A stretch of DNA of 64,000 nt from an uncultured Woeseiaceae bacterium (GCA_947258565.1 CAMYJB010000024.1:7553-71552), one strand, 5' to 3'; positions 29,319 through 39,254 are shown, counted from the stretch's first letter. Notes: generated from the letters alone by a model not told the origin. Made by a program: numbers and translations.

Positions 29319-30947
29319 ATGACGACCGAAAACGAAGCCCCCGACGCTGCGCCCGCCGGTGCCGGCGTACATCCGAGCCGGGTTTCCGGGCAGCGCCTGA
29401 TCGCGAAGACCTCGGTCGTGAGCGGCATGACGTTGCTGTCGCGGATTCTGGGACTCGTCCGCGACGTCGTCTTCGCGCGCTTCTTCGGCGCCTCGCTGGT
29501 CATGGACGCCTTCCTGGTTGCCAACCGGATTCCGAACATGCTGCGGCGCTTCTTCGCGGAAGGGGCGTTTTCGCAGGGTTTTGTGCCGGTGATGGCGCGC
29601 TACCGCGAGCGGCACAACCACGAAGATGCCCGGGAGTTCGTGGATGCTGTCGCCGGGACCTTCGGCATGATCCTGTTCCTCGTTACGCTCGCGGGCGTAG
29701 TCGCCGCGCCGTTGCTCGTGGCGATCGTCGCTCCGGGTTTTATCGGCGAGGACGGCCGCTTCGAACTTGCGACGCTGATGCTCCGCTTCACGTTCCCGTA
29801 CCTGTTTTTCGTCTCGCTGACCGCGTTCGCGGGCGGCATCCTGAATACCTACGGCCGCTTCGGCGTGCCAGCGTTTACGCCGGTTATCCTCAACGTCGTG
29901 TTGATTGCGGGGGCCGTCTGGCTGTCGCCGCGGCTCGAGGAACCCGGCATGGCGCTTGCCTACGCCGTGTTCATCGCGGGGCTCTGCCAGCTCTTGTTCC
30001 AGGTACCCTTCCTGATGCGCATTCAGGCGTTGCCGCGGCCGAAATGGGGCCTGCAGCACGATGGCGTTCGGCGCGTTGCGAGACTGATGTTGCCGGCGAT
30101 ATTCGGCTCCTCGGTGGCGCAAATCAATGTGCTGCTCGGCGGCATCATCGCATCGATGCTCGGTGTCGGGAAAATCAGCCTGCTGTATTACTCGGATCGC
30201 CTCATGGAGTTTCCGCTCGGCCTGTTCGGCATCGCGCTGGCGACCGTCACGCTGCCGTATCTTGCGCGGCAGGCCGCTAACGAGTCCTACGACGAGTTCG
30301 CCGATACGCTGGACTGGTCGATGAAGCTGGTGTTGCTCATCGCCGTCCCGGCCGCCATCGGGCTCATCGTTCTCGCCGAGCCGCTCGTGGCCACGATCTT
30401 CTACGGTGGCGTATTCACCGGCGGCGACGTCCGTATGACCGCGCTGGCGCTGCAGGCGTTCGCCGTCGGCCTGATCGGATTCTCTTACGTCAAGATCCTT
30501 GCGCCGGCGTATTTCGCCCGCGAGGACACGAAGACGCCGGTGAAAGTCGGCCTGATCGCACTTGCGGTAAACTTCGTGCTGAGTGTCAGTCTCGCCTGGT
30601 ACCTGACTCGCATCGGCTTTGCAGGCTCGCACGCGGGGCTCGCGCTCGCTATATCCGTCGCAGCGTTGCTCAATGCGTTCCTTTTATATCGCGGCCTGCG
30701 GCGGGACGGCGTGGTTCGCCACGGCAAGGGCTGGGCATCGCTGTTGCTCCGCACCGTGGTGGCGAACGGGGTCATGACGGCTGTCCTGATCGCGCTGCAG
30801 CGGCCGCTGTCCTGGTGGCTCGAGACCGGTATTTTCGAGCGCATTACCTGGCTCGCCACGGCGATACTGCTGGCCGTTGCGGCCTACTTCACGGTGCTGT
30901 TCCTGCTCGGCATGCGCAGTGCAGATTTCCGGCTGAGGCAGAACTGA
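29319..30947 (+). CDS. murJ: Lipid II flippase MurJ
   Basis: TLLSRILGLVRD, RIPNMLRRFFAEGAFSQGFVP, YSDRLMEFPLG, FAREDTKTP. Confidence 0.98.
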   Translation: MTTENEAPDAAPAGAGVHPSRVSGQRLIAKTSVVSGMTLLSRILGLVRDVVFARFFGASLVMDAFLVANRIPNMLRRFFAEGAFSQGFVPVMARYRERHNHEDAREFVDAVAGTFGMILFLVTLAGVVAAPLLVAIVAPGFIGEDGRFELATLMLRFTFPYLFFVSLTAFAGGILNTYGRFGVPAFTPVILNVVLIAGAVWLSPRLEEPGMALAYAVFIAGLCQLLFQVPFLMRIQALPRPKWGLQHDGVRRVARLMLPAIFGSSVAQINVLLGGIIASMLGVGKISLLYYSDRLMEFPLGLFGIALATVTLPYLARQAANESYDEFADTLDWSMKLVLLIAVPAAIGLIVLAEPLVATIFYGGVFTGGDVRMTALALQAFAVGLIGFSYVKILAPAYFAREDTKTPVKVGLIALAVNFVLSVSLAWYLTRIGFAGSHAGLALAISVAALLNAFLLYRGLRRDGVVRHGKGWASLLLRTVVANGVMTAVLIALQRPLSWWLETGIFERITWLATAILLAVAAYFTVLFLLGMRSADFRLRQN

Positions 30948-30948
30948 C

Positions 30949-31887
30949 GTGCGGCTGGTGAGACACCTGGAAGACCTGCCGTATCCGGACCTGGACGCCG
31001 GCAGCGTCGTTACGATCGGTGCCTACGACGGACTGCATCTCGGTCATGAGCAGCTGCTCGAGCGAGTTACTCACGTTGCCGCAGACAGGGGGCTGACCGC
31101 CGTCGTAATGAGTTTCGAGCCGACGCCGAAGGAATTTTTCGGTGGATCGAGCCCGCCCGCGCGATTGATGCGGTTTCGTGAAAAGTTCGATAGCCTGCAA
31201 GCGCACGGCATTGACCTGTTCTATTGCCCGCGATTTGCAGCGCCGATGCGGGATATAGCGGCGCCGGATTTTATCCGCCGGATTCTCGTGCACGGCCTGA
31301 ACGCAAGGTATCTGGTGGTCGGGGATGATTTTCATTTCGCACGCCGCCGCGAGGGCACGATCGAGCATCTCAACGCTGTCGCAGCCGCGCTCGACTACGA
31401 CGTCGAACAGGTGCCGAGCGTTATTGTGAATGGTATACGGGTGAGCAGCACGGCGATTCGCGACGCTCTGGGCAGGGGCGATACGAAGACGGCCAGCAAA
31501 CTGCTCGGCCGTCCGTACCGGATGTCGGGAAAAATCGTAAAAGGCGACCGGGTAGGGCGGACGCTTGGCTATCCAACCGCCAACGTCGATCTGCGCCGGC
31601 GGCAGAGTGCGGTTATGGGGATCTTCGCCGTGCGCGTGCACGGCCTCGAGGGCGGTCCGCATGATGCCGTGGCGAGCGTCGGCTCGCGACCGACGTTCAA
31701 CGGCACGAAGCCCATACTCGAGGCACACATATTCGACTTCGACGAGGACATCTACGGCAAGTACATCCACATAGACTTCATCGCCTGGCTTCGCGACCAG
31801 GTGAAATTCGACCTCGTCGAGGATCTGGTTGCGCAAATGGACGCCGATGCCGACAATGCGAGATCCGCACTTGCCGCAACCGCCTGA
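30949..31887 (+). CDS. ribF: Bifunctional riboflavin kinase/FAD synthetase
   Basis: TIGAYDGLHLGH, VGDDFHF, RVSSTAIR, GRTLGYPTAN, GSRPTF, LEAHIFDF. Confidence 0.97.
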   Translation: MRLVRHLEDLPYPDLDAGSVVTIGAYDGLHLGHEQLLERVTHVAADRGLTAVVMSFEPTPKEFFGGSSPPARLMRFREKFDSLQAHGIDLFYCPRFAAPMRDIAAPDFIRRILVHGLNARYLVVGDDFHFARRREGTIEHLNAVAAALDYDVEQVPSVIVNGIRVSSTAIRDALGRGDTKTASKLLGRPYRMSGKIVKGDRVGRTLGYPTANVDLRRRQSAVMGIFAVRVHGLEGGPHDAVASVGSRPTFNGTKPILEAHIFDFDEDIYGKYIHIDFIAWLRDQVKFDLVEDLVAQMDADADNARSALAATA

Positions 31888-31900
31888 GAGGCCGGAAAGA

Positions 31901-32425
31901 TTGGAAGCGAAGCAGGGTCTGAACCGTTTCATCGTCTGGATGATCTTCGCCATCCTCGTGGTCGTCGCTGACCAGGCCACGAAGGCTGCGATTATCCGCT
32001 GGGTGCCGCTGTACGGGGATGTGCCGATCAACGATTTCATCAACCTGACGCATCAACAGAATACCGGCGCGGCCTTCAGTTTTCTCGCCGGCGCTGGTGG
32101 GTGGCAACGCTGGTTTTTCGTCGTGCTGGCCTCGGCGGTCAGCGCGGTGCTGGTCGTGTGGCTGTGGCGGATCCGCGCCGGCAATCTGCTGGTACTCTCG
32201 GCTGGGCTGACGCTCGTGCTCGGCGGGGCGCTCGGCAATCTCGTTGATCGCATCCGGTTCGGCTACGTGACCGACTTCATCCAGGTCTGGTTCGGCAGCT
32301 GGGCATTTCCGTCCTTCAACGTTGCGGATTCCGCGATAACGGTCGGAGCGGCCTTACTGATAATCGACTCGCTGTTTCTCTCCGGCAAAGAAAAAGCGGC
32401 GCCCGGAGAGGCGCCGCCCGATTAG
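31901..32425 (+). CDS. lspA: Lipoprotein signal peptidase
   Basis: DQATK, NTGAAFSFL, GALGNLVDR, VTDFI, FNVADSAI; probable TTG start at 31901. Confidence 0.96.
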   Translation: MEAKQGLNRFIVWMIFAILVVVADQATKAAIIRWVPLYGDVPINDFINLTHQQNTGAAFSFLAGAGGWQRWFFVVLASAVSAVLVVWLWRIRAGNLLVLSAGLTLVLGGALGNLVDRIRFGYVTDFIQVWFGSWAFPSFNVADSAITVGAALLIIDSLFLSGKEKAAPGEAPPD

Positions 32426-32458
32426 TCCGTCGCAGCGAACGGTGTTCGCGCCCGTGCC

Positions 32459-32840
32459 CTAACGCGTGCGCGTCCAGCAGTTCGTATCCGGAAACGACTG
32501 TTTCACGTTGCGGCCGTTAATCAGGAACGTGCCGCATTTGCCCGCTTCCGGGTCTCCCGGGATGTTATAAATCGCCTGGGCCGTGAAGTTATTGGCGTTG
32601 CAGGTTGTAACGTCCACCGTGTAGGTTCGTGAGTCGGTGACGAATCCGGCCGCCAACGGGAACCCGAGGCGCGTCATGTCGCAGGTGTACGTGTTGTTCT
32701 GCAGGTAGAAGCGCTCCTGGTTGGTCGCGATCCGCAACAAGGCGGCTTTCGCCTCGTTGCGATTCGCCCGCGCCACGAACTCGCGGTAATTGGCGCATCC
32801 TGTGCACGAGCTTTCCCTGCATGCGCTGCCTTGCGGTCAT
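32459..32840 (-). pseudogene. pilE: pilE of cluster 2, frameshifted by loss of the prepilin cleavage site and hydrophobic helix
   Basis: ATG 32840 is coupled to the pilY1 TAA and reads MTARQRMQGKLVHRMR; at 32793/32792 it joins out of frame to NYREFVARANRNEAKAALLRIATNQERFYLQNNTY...CGTF...CW. Confidence 0.85.
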
Positions 32841-35800
32841 TACTCGATCCCGTCCTGGGTCCAGAGCGTGCGAACCGGGAAGTTCTCGAAGCCCGGGTCG
32901 AAGCATTCGACACCGATACAGCCGATCGGTGGCGGCGAGCATGCGTCACCGGTGCAGCCCTGCTCGGGGCTCGGGAACAGGAAGGCCGGCGACGGTGCAA
33001 TACCGCCCTGCGCCAGTTCCGCGACGCGTGCGTTGTCTTCCTCGCCAGGCACGATCGCATCGAGATTCGTGATCGGGTCGCCGTTCACGACCGACACGCG
33101 ATACAGGAAGTTGCGGCCCACGCCCGCCGAACAGACAGCCGCGCCGGCCGTATCGGCCGAAAAGGCGACGAAGAAAACTTCGTTGTTGAAGGTCACCGAG
33201 TTCGAGAATACCTTCTGATCGGGCGGTAGCGTGAATTTCCAGCCACGCTGGTTCTGCCCGATCGCGGTGCCGACCTGGCCGCTGATTTCGACGAGCTCGG
33301 AATCGGTGACCGGCGTGAACGCATCGTATTCGGCCTGGGTTAGTGGCGTGAATACGTTCCTGTCGCGAATGGAGTAGAAACGGTCCGTGTTCGAGTCATC
33401 CAGCGGATGCGCGCGATAGCCGCTGCCGAGACTGATCGCGATGAAGCGCCGATTCAGTGCATTGTCGTTGAAGACCGATACGTCGGGGGCCGAGTAGAAC
33501 CGCCGGGTATCCTCGACGGCCGGCGAACCCGTGCCTTCGGCACCCAGCTGCGCGACGACGCCGCCGGTAACCAGCGCATCCGTACCGGTGCCGCCCGGCG
33601 ATTTGCCGCTGAAGATGTCGAAGCGCAGGATCTGCCCGCCCATATCCGACGCATACATGCGGTCCGCAAAACCGTTGCCGTCCAGGTCGACAACGCGAAT
33701 CTGCGTCGCGATTGATCGCGTCATGCTCGGCAGCTGAAGGTCCGCGCCCGCGTCGCGACCCGCGCGCCACAACACATCGCCCGATTGCAGATCCAGCATG
33801 TAGATGCCGGCGCCTTCGACGTCCGGTGTCGACGGATGAGAAATATTGTCGTGAGCCGTGTCGTAGCCGCCACCAAAGATGACGACTGCCTTGTCGTTAT
33901 TCAGGCCCGGATCGACCAGGTCGACCCGTGCGACGGTCGGCCGCGACCAGGTCTGGCCGAAGTCAGGCGTGCTGATACGCCATTTGACGACCGGGTTGCT
34001 CTGGTCCGTGACGTCCAGCGCGTAGTAAACATTACCGCCGCGGCGCATGCCGAAAATGATGTAGACGAAGTCGCCGTCGCCAGGCTCGATGATGCCGTTG
34101 TCGTTCCGGTCTGCGACTACCGGCACGATGTCACCGTCGACGCCGTAGAACTTGAAGGGTGCTTCCGCATTGAAATAATACATCGGCAGGTTCTGGAGGT
34201 GCTCCTTCGGTATGAAAGACCACAGTTCCTCGCCGGTATCGCCGCGGATCGCGTGCACCGAGCCCTGATTCGTTGCCGTGAATACGACGACGTCGGGATC
34301 TGCCGGGTCACCACCGTAGACGACGGCGGCGGGCTGCGAGTGCAGCGGGTCGCCCATCTGCTTGATGATGGTGGTTGCCGGATCCAGGTCTTCGTCAGTA
34401 ACGTCCTCGCCGCGCACCCAGCGAATGAGTTCCTCGATGGTCGGTTCGCCGGCTGCGCCGGTCAGACCGAAATCCGCGAGGGTGTACGAGGCGACATTGG
34501 ACGGTGCGAGCGCATTGGCAGCCGCCGTCAGGTCGTTATTGACGGTGTTGTTCGTGAATATCCTGCGGCTTGCCGGGATTGGCAGGTTTTCGACAGCGCC
34601 ACCAATCGTGATGTCGTTGCCGTCCGCACCCGTTGTCCAGAAGCTGGCTGCGGAGTCATAGAACGAACCCGTGTTCGGGTCTACCGCCGGTACATCGAAG
34701 CGGTCTACGATCTGGCCGTCGGAAACGCGATACTTCTTGAGGTTGCCGGGCCAGCGGACGCTCTCGCTCGCCTTGAAGGTCGTGAGATACAGGTCATTCA
34801 GGTTCTGCGTACGGTTGAACGCATTGACCGCGACTGCCGGAGCCGCAAACGACAGGTTACGGTCCTGGATGTCGTTGACGATCTCCAGCAATGCCTGCGC
34901 GAGGCTCGTCACGTCATCGGCCCGGAAGTAGTTGCCGCCGCCGCGCAGAGCCGCCTCCTCGAGGATCGGCAGGTCGATTGCGAAACCGATCGTGTGCGTG
35001 GTTACGGTCTGCACGCCCGGCAGGTTCGGGTCGATGTCGTCGTTGAACAGGTAGGCCGCGATGTCGTCCAGGCAGGCGCCGTTGCCGGTGCCGGTGCAAC
35101 CGGAATAGCCGAGTGTCGCGCCCCAGTTCGGCAGGCTGTCGACCAGGGGCGCCGCGCCGACGTCCTCCGTCGGCGCGCCGTCGGTGAGGACGACGTTGAA
35201 GTTCTTGGCGCACGCAACACTGGTCGGTTGCTCATAGACATCCGGGTTCGTCGAGACCAGAGCGAGCGGATCGGTGGTGTGCTCGCTGATGAGGTTGCCG
35301 TAATGGGCGGGCAGGCCGCGCCAGTAGAGGGCCGACTCGAAGACTGTCTCGGCTACCGGCGTCCAGCCGCCCGAGGGGATCAGACCGATCGTGTTGACGA
35401 GCTCTGTACGGTTCGTATCCAGGTCCTTGAGGTCCTGCAGTACCGGCCCGCCTTCCTGGTTGTTGAAGCGCATGATGCCGACGTTGATGCCTTCGATGGA
35501 GTTCAGGATTGCCGTCGCCGTGTTCTGCACGATGTTGATTTTCGAATCCATGATCGTGACCGGATTCTCGAGATAGTTCAGGTAGTTGCCGTCGAACACC
35601 GTGATCGACTGGCTCGTCGGCCACGAGCCCCAGTTGATGCGGTCTTTCTTCACGTTCGTGTAGGGAGCGAGGTCCTGGCCACGCTGCGCGTACAGCTTGC
35701 CGCCATTGACGCCATCGCCGTGCTCGCCGTCGTCCTTCGAGCACTCGACGATGTCCGTCTCGTTGCCCGGCTCGACTTTCTGCCAGTGCACGGTGTCGGT

Positions 35801-36232
35801 GAGCCCGAGGAGGATACTGAAGATACCCGAGGCGCCGTCGCGGTGCTGCGCCATCCGGCCGCGGTAGCTGCCGATTCCCTGGATCCTCCTGTCTGCATCC
35901 GCGCACAGGAAGGACGACTCCTGGAAGCGCTTGGTTGAACTCCCGCAATTCGGTATGACGTTCTTGTACTCGGTCCAGTACAGGTAATTCGGGTCGCAGG
36001 GTGTGGCCCCACCGGCATAGGTCAGGGCAGAGTCATAGACCTCCTTGGTCTCCTCCTCGTCACCCATACTGCCGGAGGAGTCGATGATGAGCATCACGTT
36101 CGGGATCTGCTGCACCCGGTCGGGGTTTATCAGCAGCAGCTCCGTGTCGTCGGCGAGTGCGGGCATACCGCAGGTCATGGCCAGCAGCAAGCCGGCGGAC
36201 GTCCATGTTGTCTTCTTGAATACGGTTTTCAT
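32840..36232 (-). CDS. pilY1: PilY1/PilC tip adhesin with vWA domain, cluster 2
   Basis: Signal peptide ALA|DDTE; MIDAS IIDSSGSM...TP..E...VLTDG; WPGNLKKY, GDPLHSQP, GMRRGG, DLDGNGFAD; 1130 aa. Confidence 0.94.
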   Translation of the reverse strand: MKTVFKKTTWTSAGLLLAMTCGMPALADDTELLLINPDRVQQIPNVMLIIDSSGSMGDEEETKEVYDSALTYAGGATPCDPNYLYWTEYKNVIPNCGSSTKRFQESSFLCADADRRIQGIGSYRGRMAQHRDGASGIFSILLGLTDTVHWQKVEPGNETDIVECSKDDGEHGDGVNGGKLYAQRGQDLAPYTNVKKDRINWGSWPTSQSITVFDGNYLNYLENPVTIMDSKINIVQNTATAILNSIEGINVGIMRFNNQEGGPVLQDLKDLDTNRTELVNTIGLIPSGGWTPVAETVFESALYWRGLPAHYGNLISEHTTDPLALVSTNPDVYEQPTSVACAKNFNVVLTDGAPTEDVGAAPLVDSLPNWGATLGYSGCTGTGNGACLDDIAAYLFNDDIDPNLPGVQTVTTHTIGFAIDLPILEEAALRGGGNYFRADDVTSLAQALLEIVNDIQDRNLSFAAPAVAVNAFNRTQNLNDLYLTTFKASESVRWPGNLKKYRVSDGQIVDRFDVPAVDPNTGSFYDSAASFWTTGADGNDITIGGAVENLPIPASRRIFTNNTVNNDLTAAANALAPSNVASYTLADFGLTGAAGEPTIEELIRWVRGEDVTDEDLDPATTIIKQMGDPLHSQPAAVVYGGDPADPDVVVFTATNQGSVHAIRGDTGEELWSFIPKEHLQNLPMYYFNAEAPFKFYGVDGDIVPVVADRNDNGIIEPGDGDFVYIIFGMRRGGNVYYALDVTDQSNPVVKWRISTPDFGQTWSRPTVARVDLVDPGLNNDKAVVIFGGGYDTAHDNISHPSTPDVEGAGIYMLDLQSGDVLWRAGRDAGADLQLPSMTRSIATQIRVVDLDGNGFADRMYASDMGGQILRFDIFSGKSPGGTGTDALVTGGVVAQLGAEGTGSPAVEDTRRFYSAPDVSVFNDNALNRRFIAISLGSGYRAHPLDDSNTDRFYSIRDRNVFTPLTQAEYDAFTPVTDSELVEISGQVGTAIGQNQRGWKFTLPPDQKVFSNSVTFNNEVFFVAFSADTAGAAVCSAGVGRNFLYRVSVVNGDPITNLDAIVPGEEDNARVAELAQGGIAPSPAFLFPSPEQGCTGDACSPPPIGCIGVECFDPGFENFPVRTLWTQDGIE

Positions 36233-36264
36233 CGTTCTGTCCTCATAGTTCCGTGCGAGGGCAA

Positions 36265-36621
36265 TCAGTCCTTAGCCTGGCTGACCGGGTGTACCGAAAC
36301 GCGCGTCACGCGATCGGACTCGAGATGGTGCAGCACCGTTACCGCCGTATTGCGGCGATCCGTAATGGACATCAGGCTGCGCTTGAACTTGTCGAGTGGC
36401 AGGCTATTGCCGTCCAGGATCCACTGCGCGTCTGAGCTGGTCCGCTTGGTCTCGTAGGGGCACTCGTCACAGGGCTTGTAGGCCACCGTGCCGCCATCGT
36501 TCTGCGGCAGGCGCAGATCCGAGAGCCGGACCTCGTGGGCCTTTGAGACCGTGCGGAACTGCGCCATGGCGGGCAGCGCGACTCCGAGAATGATGGCGGC
36601 GATCAATACTTTGAATTTCAT
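36265..36621 (-). CDS. Small secreted protein inside the minor pilin operon (possible PilY2 counterpart)
   Basis: Sec signal MKFKVLIAAIILGVALPAMA|Q, CDEC motif, located between pilX and pilY1. Confidence 0.75.
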   Translation of the reverse strand: MKFKVLIAAIILGVALPAMAQFRTVSKAHEVRLSDLRLPQNDGGTVAYKPCDECPYETKRTSSDAQWILDGNSLPLDKFKRSLMSITDRRNTAVTVLHHLESDRVTRVSVHPVSQAKD

Positions 36622-36646
36622 GGGAATACTCCGTTCCTGCTACCGC

Positions 36647-37117
36647 TTACAGCTGTGGACCCTGCGGTCCGACAACATAAAAAGCCTGTGTGTGTACCGC
36701 GCTGGAGTCGCGGTCCGTGGGGGTGCCCGGCGACCGTTCCGATACGGCCGTCGCCGTGGCGAGAAAATGATAGGCCACGACGCCGCTGCCGACGCCGAGG
36801 CTGAATGCCCGGTCCGGGACGATCGTGGGCACACCCTCCGGCTGGATTTGCGCCGTGACGGAATCGTAGGAGTTGATGTACTGCGTGACGGTTACCGTGC
36901 CGACCGAGTTGAACTGGCCCTGCGCAAGTGCGGCCTCGAGGCCGGTCTCGGCAGCCTGGAACGCGTTCTCGTAGTTCTGGTCGTTGCGCGCCATCGCGAG
37001 TTCGGTGGTAGCGGTGCTCATACCCGAGACGGCCAGCACCGTAATAACGACGAGCAACAGCAGGCCGACGATAAGCGCCGCGCCGGATTGCTGGGTGAAA
37101 TTCGTCTGCGTGGTCAT
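36647..37117 (-). CDS. pilX: Type IV minor pilin PilX, cluster 2
   Basis: QSG|AALIVGLLLLVVITVLAVSGM...MARN...AFQAAETGL. Confidence 0.92.
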   Translation of the reverse strand: MTTQTNFTQQSGAALIVGLLLLVVITVLAVSGMSTATTELAMARNDQNYENAFQAAETGLEAALAQGQFNSVGTVTVTQYINSYDSVTAQIQPEGVPTIVPDRAFSLGVGSGVVAYHFLATATAVSERSPGTPTDRDSSAVHTQAFYVVGPQGPQL

Positions 37118-37132
37118 GATTCGTTCTCTTAA

Positions 37133-38119
37133 TCAAATCCTGGTATTGCGCAGGAGGATCGTCTTCGATACCTGCATGCGGCGTATCTCGTCGTTGAATG
37201 TGCCGAGATTGACGTTACCGGGCGCGTAGACCTGCTGATCATCGACGCCGGGCTCGCGCACAAGCCCGCGGACCACCAGCGAGACCCTGGCCGTCAGCAC
37301 CCTCGCACCCGGGAGATAGCCGGGAGCCCGGGGGTTGTAAATCTGGTCGCCCGGGTTGACATACCGGTCGACCGTGTTGTCTTCGTTGACGTCGATGCCG
37401 AGCTGAATCTGTAGGTTTTCGACGCCCGGCGCGATCTCCTGGTCGAAGATCGCCGAATTGACGCCCTGGATACCCAGCACCTTGCGGCGCAGCGTCGGTA
37501 CGCCCGGAATCAGGTCGGAATTCGCATCCACGTAGTAGCTCGATACCATCAGGTTGTGCGTGGCCGACTGCGCCGGGTCGTACTGCGGCGGGATAATTCC
37601 GTCATCGATGATCTCGCCCTGGGTTCGCGTCGACTGTATTTGCAGGCGACCGGCTTGCAGCGGCACGGGATTGACGGAGGCGCGCCGCACCGTCAGCACG
37701 TCCGAATTCGCCTGCGCGACATTCTGTGGCGGGCAGGTGAGTCCCATGACATTATCGAAGCCGTCGACGGGTACATCCAGCTCCAGCGACCAATCCTCGC
37801 TGCAATCCAGCGGCACGGCGAGTATCTTGGGATTCACGTCACCCAGCATCGTGCGGCCTTCGATCGAGAGCCGCCGGCTCGTGCGGCCCCAGTTGCTGGC
37901 CATGCGCAGGTCCGCCTCGATCGTATCCAGCGCGAACTGCGCGGTTTCCTGCACCCTGGCGATCGACTCGTTGATGGTGAATGCCTGGCGGCTCTGCGAG
38001 TAGATCTGGATCGCGCCGATCATCAGGAACGAGCCAATAGCGAGCGCCACCATCAGTTCGACAAGGGTGATGCCGTGCTGCCGGCCGCCGGGTTGATTGA
38101 CTGTTATGCGCATTGCCAT
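37133..38119 (-). CDS. pilW: Type IV minor pilin PilW, cluster 2
   Basis: HG|ITLVELMVALAIG, VQETAQFAL...DLRMA, GVENLQIQLGID, ILLRN. Confidence 0.92.
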   Translation of the reverse strand: MAMRITVNQPGGRQHGITLVELMVALAIGSFLMIGAIQIYSQSRQAFTINESIARVQETAQFALDTIEADLRMASNWGRTSRRLSIEGRTMLGDVNPKILAVPLDCSEDWSLELDVPVDGFDNVMGLTCPPQNVAQANSDVLTVRRASVNPVPLQAGRLQIQSTRTQGEIIDDGIIPPQYDPAQSATHNLMVSSYYVDANSDLIPGVPTLRRKVLGIQGVNSAIFDQEIAPGVENLQIQLGIDVNEDNTVDRYVNPGDQIYNPRAPGYLPGARVLTARVSLVVRGLVREPGVDDQQVYAPGNVNLGTFNDEIRRMQVSKTILLRNTRI

Positions 38120-38124
38120 CGCTC

Positions 38125-38619
38125 CTAGAACGGGTTGACCGGGATGGTGACGACGTAGCTGGGCGGCGTATCGAGATCGGTGATACCGGGCTCCTCCCAG
38201 CTCACGGTGATGGTGTAGAGCGGCGGGACGACCGTGTCGTCGTAATTCACCGTCACGTCGCCGCCGCCGGTCGGCGCCGTGCCCGGCAGTGAGCCACCGG
38301 CCTGCTGCTTCCAGAGGAAGACATCATGCAGGGCCATGCCGGCCACATCGCAGTCCATGCCGGCACCCACGCAGCCGTTATCGGCGCCCGCGGGGTCGGT
38401 ATAGGAAATACCCGCGGTCGGATTCGCGCGGATGCGGTCCGCCACGTCGCCCGCCAGCGCGACGGCCTGGTGGCGGAACATCGACGTGCGTCCGGCCTGC
38501 AGGCTCTGTACATAGAGCCCGGCGATGCCGAGCATGCCCACCGACATGATGATCAGCGCGATCAGCACTTCGATAAGCGAGAAGCCCTGTTGTCTGTTCG
38601 ATAATTTCGGAAGTGGCAT
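38125..38619 (-). CDS. pilV: Type IV minor pilin PilV, cluster 2
   Basis: QG|FSLIEVLIALIIMSVGMLGIAGL, ADRIRAN, ALHDVFLW, ITVSW; ATG 38619. Confidence 0.92.
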   Translation of the reverse strand: MPLPKLSNRQQGFSLIEVLIALIIMSVGMLGIAGLYVQSLQAGRTSMFRHQAVALAGDVADRIRANPTAGISYTDPAGADNGCVGAGMDCDVAGMALHDVFLWKQQAGGSLPGTAPTGGGDVTVNYDDTVVPPLYTITVSWEEPGITDLDTPPSYVVTIPVNPF

Positions 38620-38654
38620 GGCGGTGATTCCCTGGATATCGTTTACACGCGCGA

Positions 38655-39254
38655 TCACGGGCAGGTTGCGCCCATCGCCGTCAATGCGTTGTCGATCAGC
38701 GCCAGGTCGCGCACGATCGTGGCGCGGCCGAGCGGCGTCGATACGAACAGCCGCGCCGCTGAATTGCCGCCCGCAGCCCTGACATTGCCGCGCTCGTCGC
38801 AAATCACGACCTGCGATACCGGCGGGTTGCCGCCCGTATCGAGCCGGCCGAGACCGCTCGGTGCGTACATGAAATAGGTGGCGCCGTTGGCAATCCGCAG
38901 CAGCACCCCGGCATCGGCCGGCGGATGCGTCCGGAGAATGGGCTCGCCCGCGTCTCGTAACTGGTCCGCGTTGTCGTCGATAAAGACGACATAACCCTGG
39001 TTCCAGGTGCCGTCGCAGGTAGCTGTGCCCGTCGGGTCTGCGCTGGCGCAGATCGTGACGTTGCTCTTGGCATGCGCAGCCTCCGTACGCGCCATAAGGA
39101 AGGCAGCGTGGAGGTCGTTGGCGGTACTGGTCATGCGGCTGTTCAGCGTGTAGTTCTGCAGGTTGGGGATGCCGAACGCCAGTATGGCCGCCACCACCAT
39201 CAGCGTGATCATGAGTTCGTAGAGCGTGAAGCCCAGCTGCCGTCGCCTGTCCAT
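38655..39254 (-). CDS. fimU: Type IV minor pilin FimU-like, cluster 2
   Basis: LG|FTLYELMITL, ARTEA...VTICAS, WNQGYVVF.D; directly upstream of pilV; named by position. Confidence 0.82.
   Translation of the reverse strand: MDRRRQLGFTLYELMITLMVVAAILAFGIPNLQNYTLNSRMTSTANDLHAAFLMARTEAAHAKSNVTICASADPTGTATCDGTWNQGYVVFIDDNADQLRDAGEPILRTHPPADAGVLLRIANGATYFMYAPSGLGRLDTGGNPPVSQVVICDERGNVRAAGGNSAARLFVSTPLGRATIVRDLALIDNALTAMGATCP

Noticed and set aside
34236..34256. RGD tripeptide in PilY1-2 (HAIRGDTGEELW) as an integrin-binding motif
   Set aside because: It falls in the structural beta-propeller A...TG.E.W turn and is probably coincidental.
33785..35938. 717-aa plus-strand ORF, and similar long ORFs at 5865-7535, 53874-55673, 55591-57321 and 24664-26010
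   Set aside because: All lie antisense to well-supported genes (pilY1, soxDA, desaturase, DUF885, pilX/pilY1) and have shadow-like composition.
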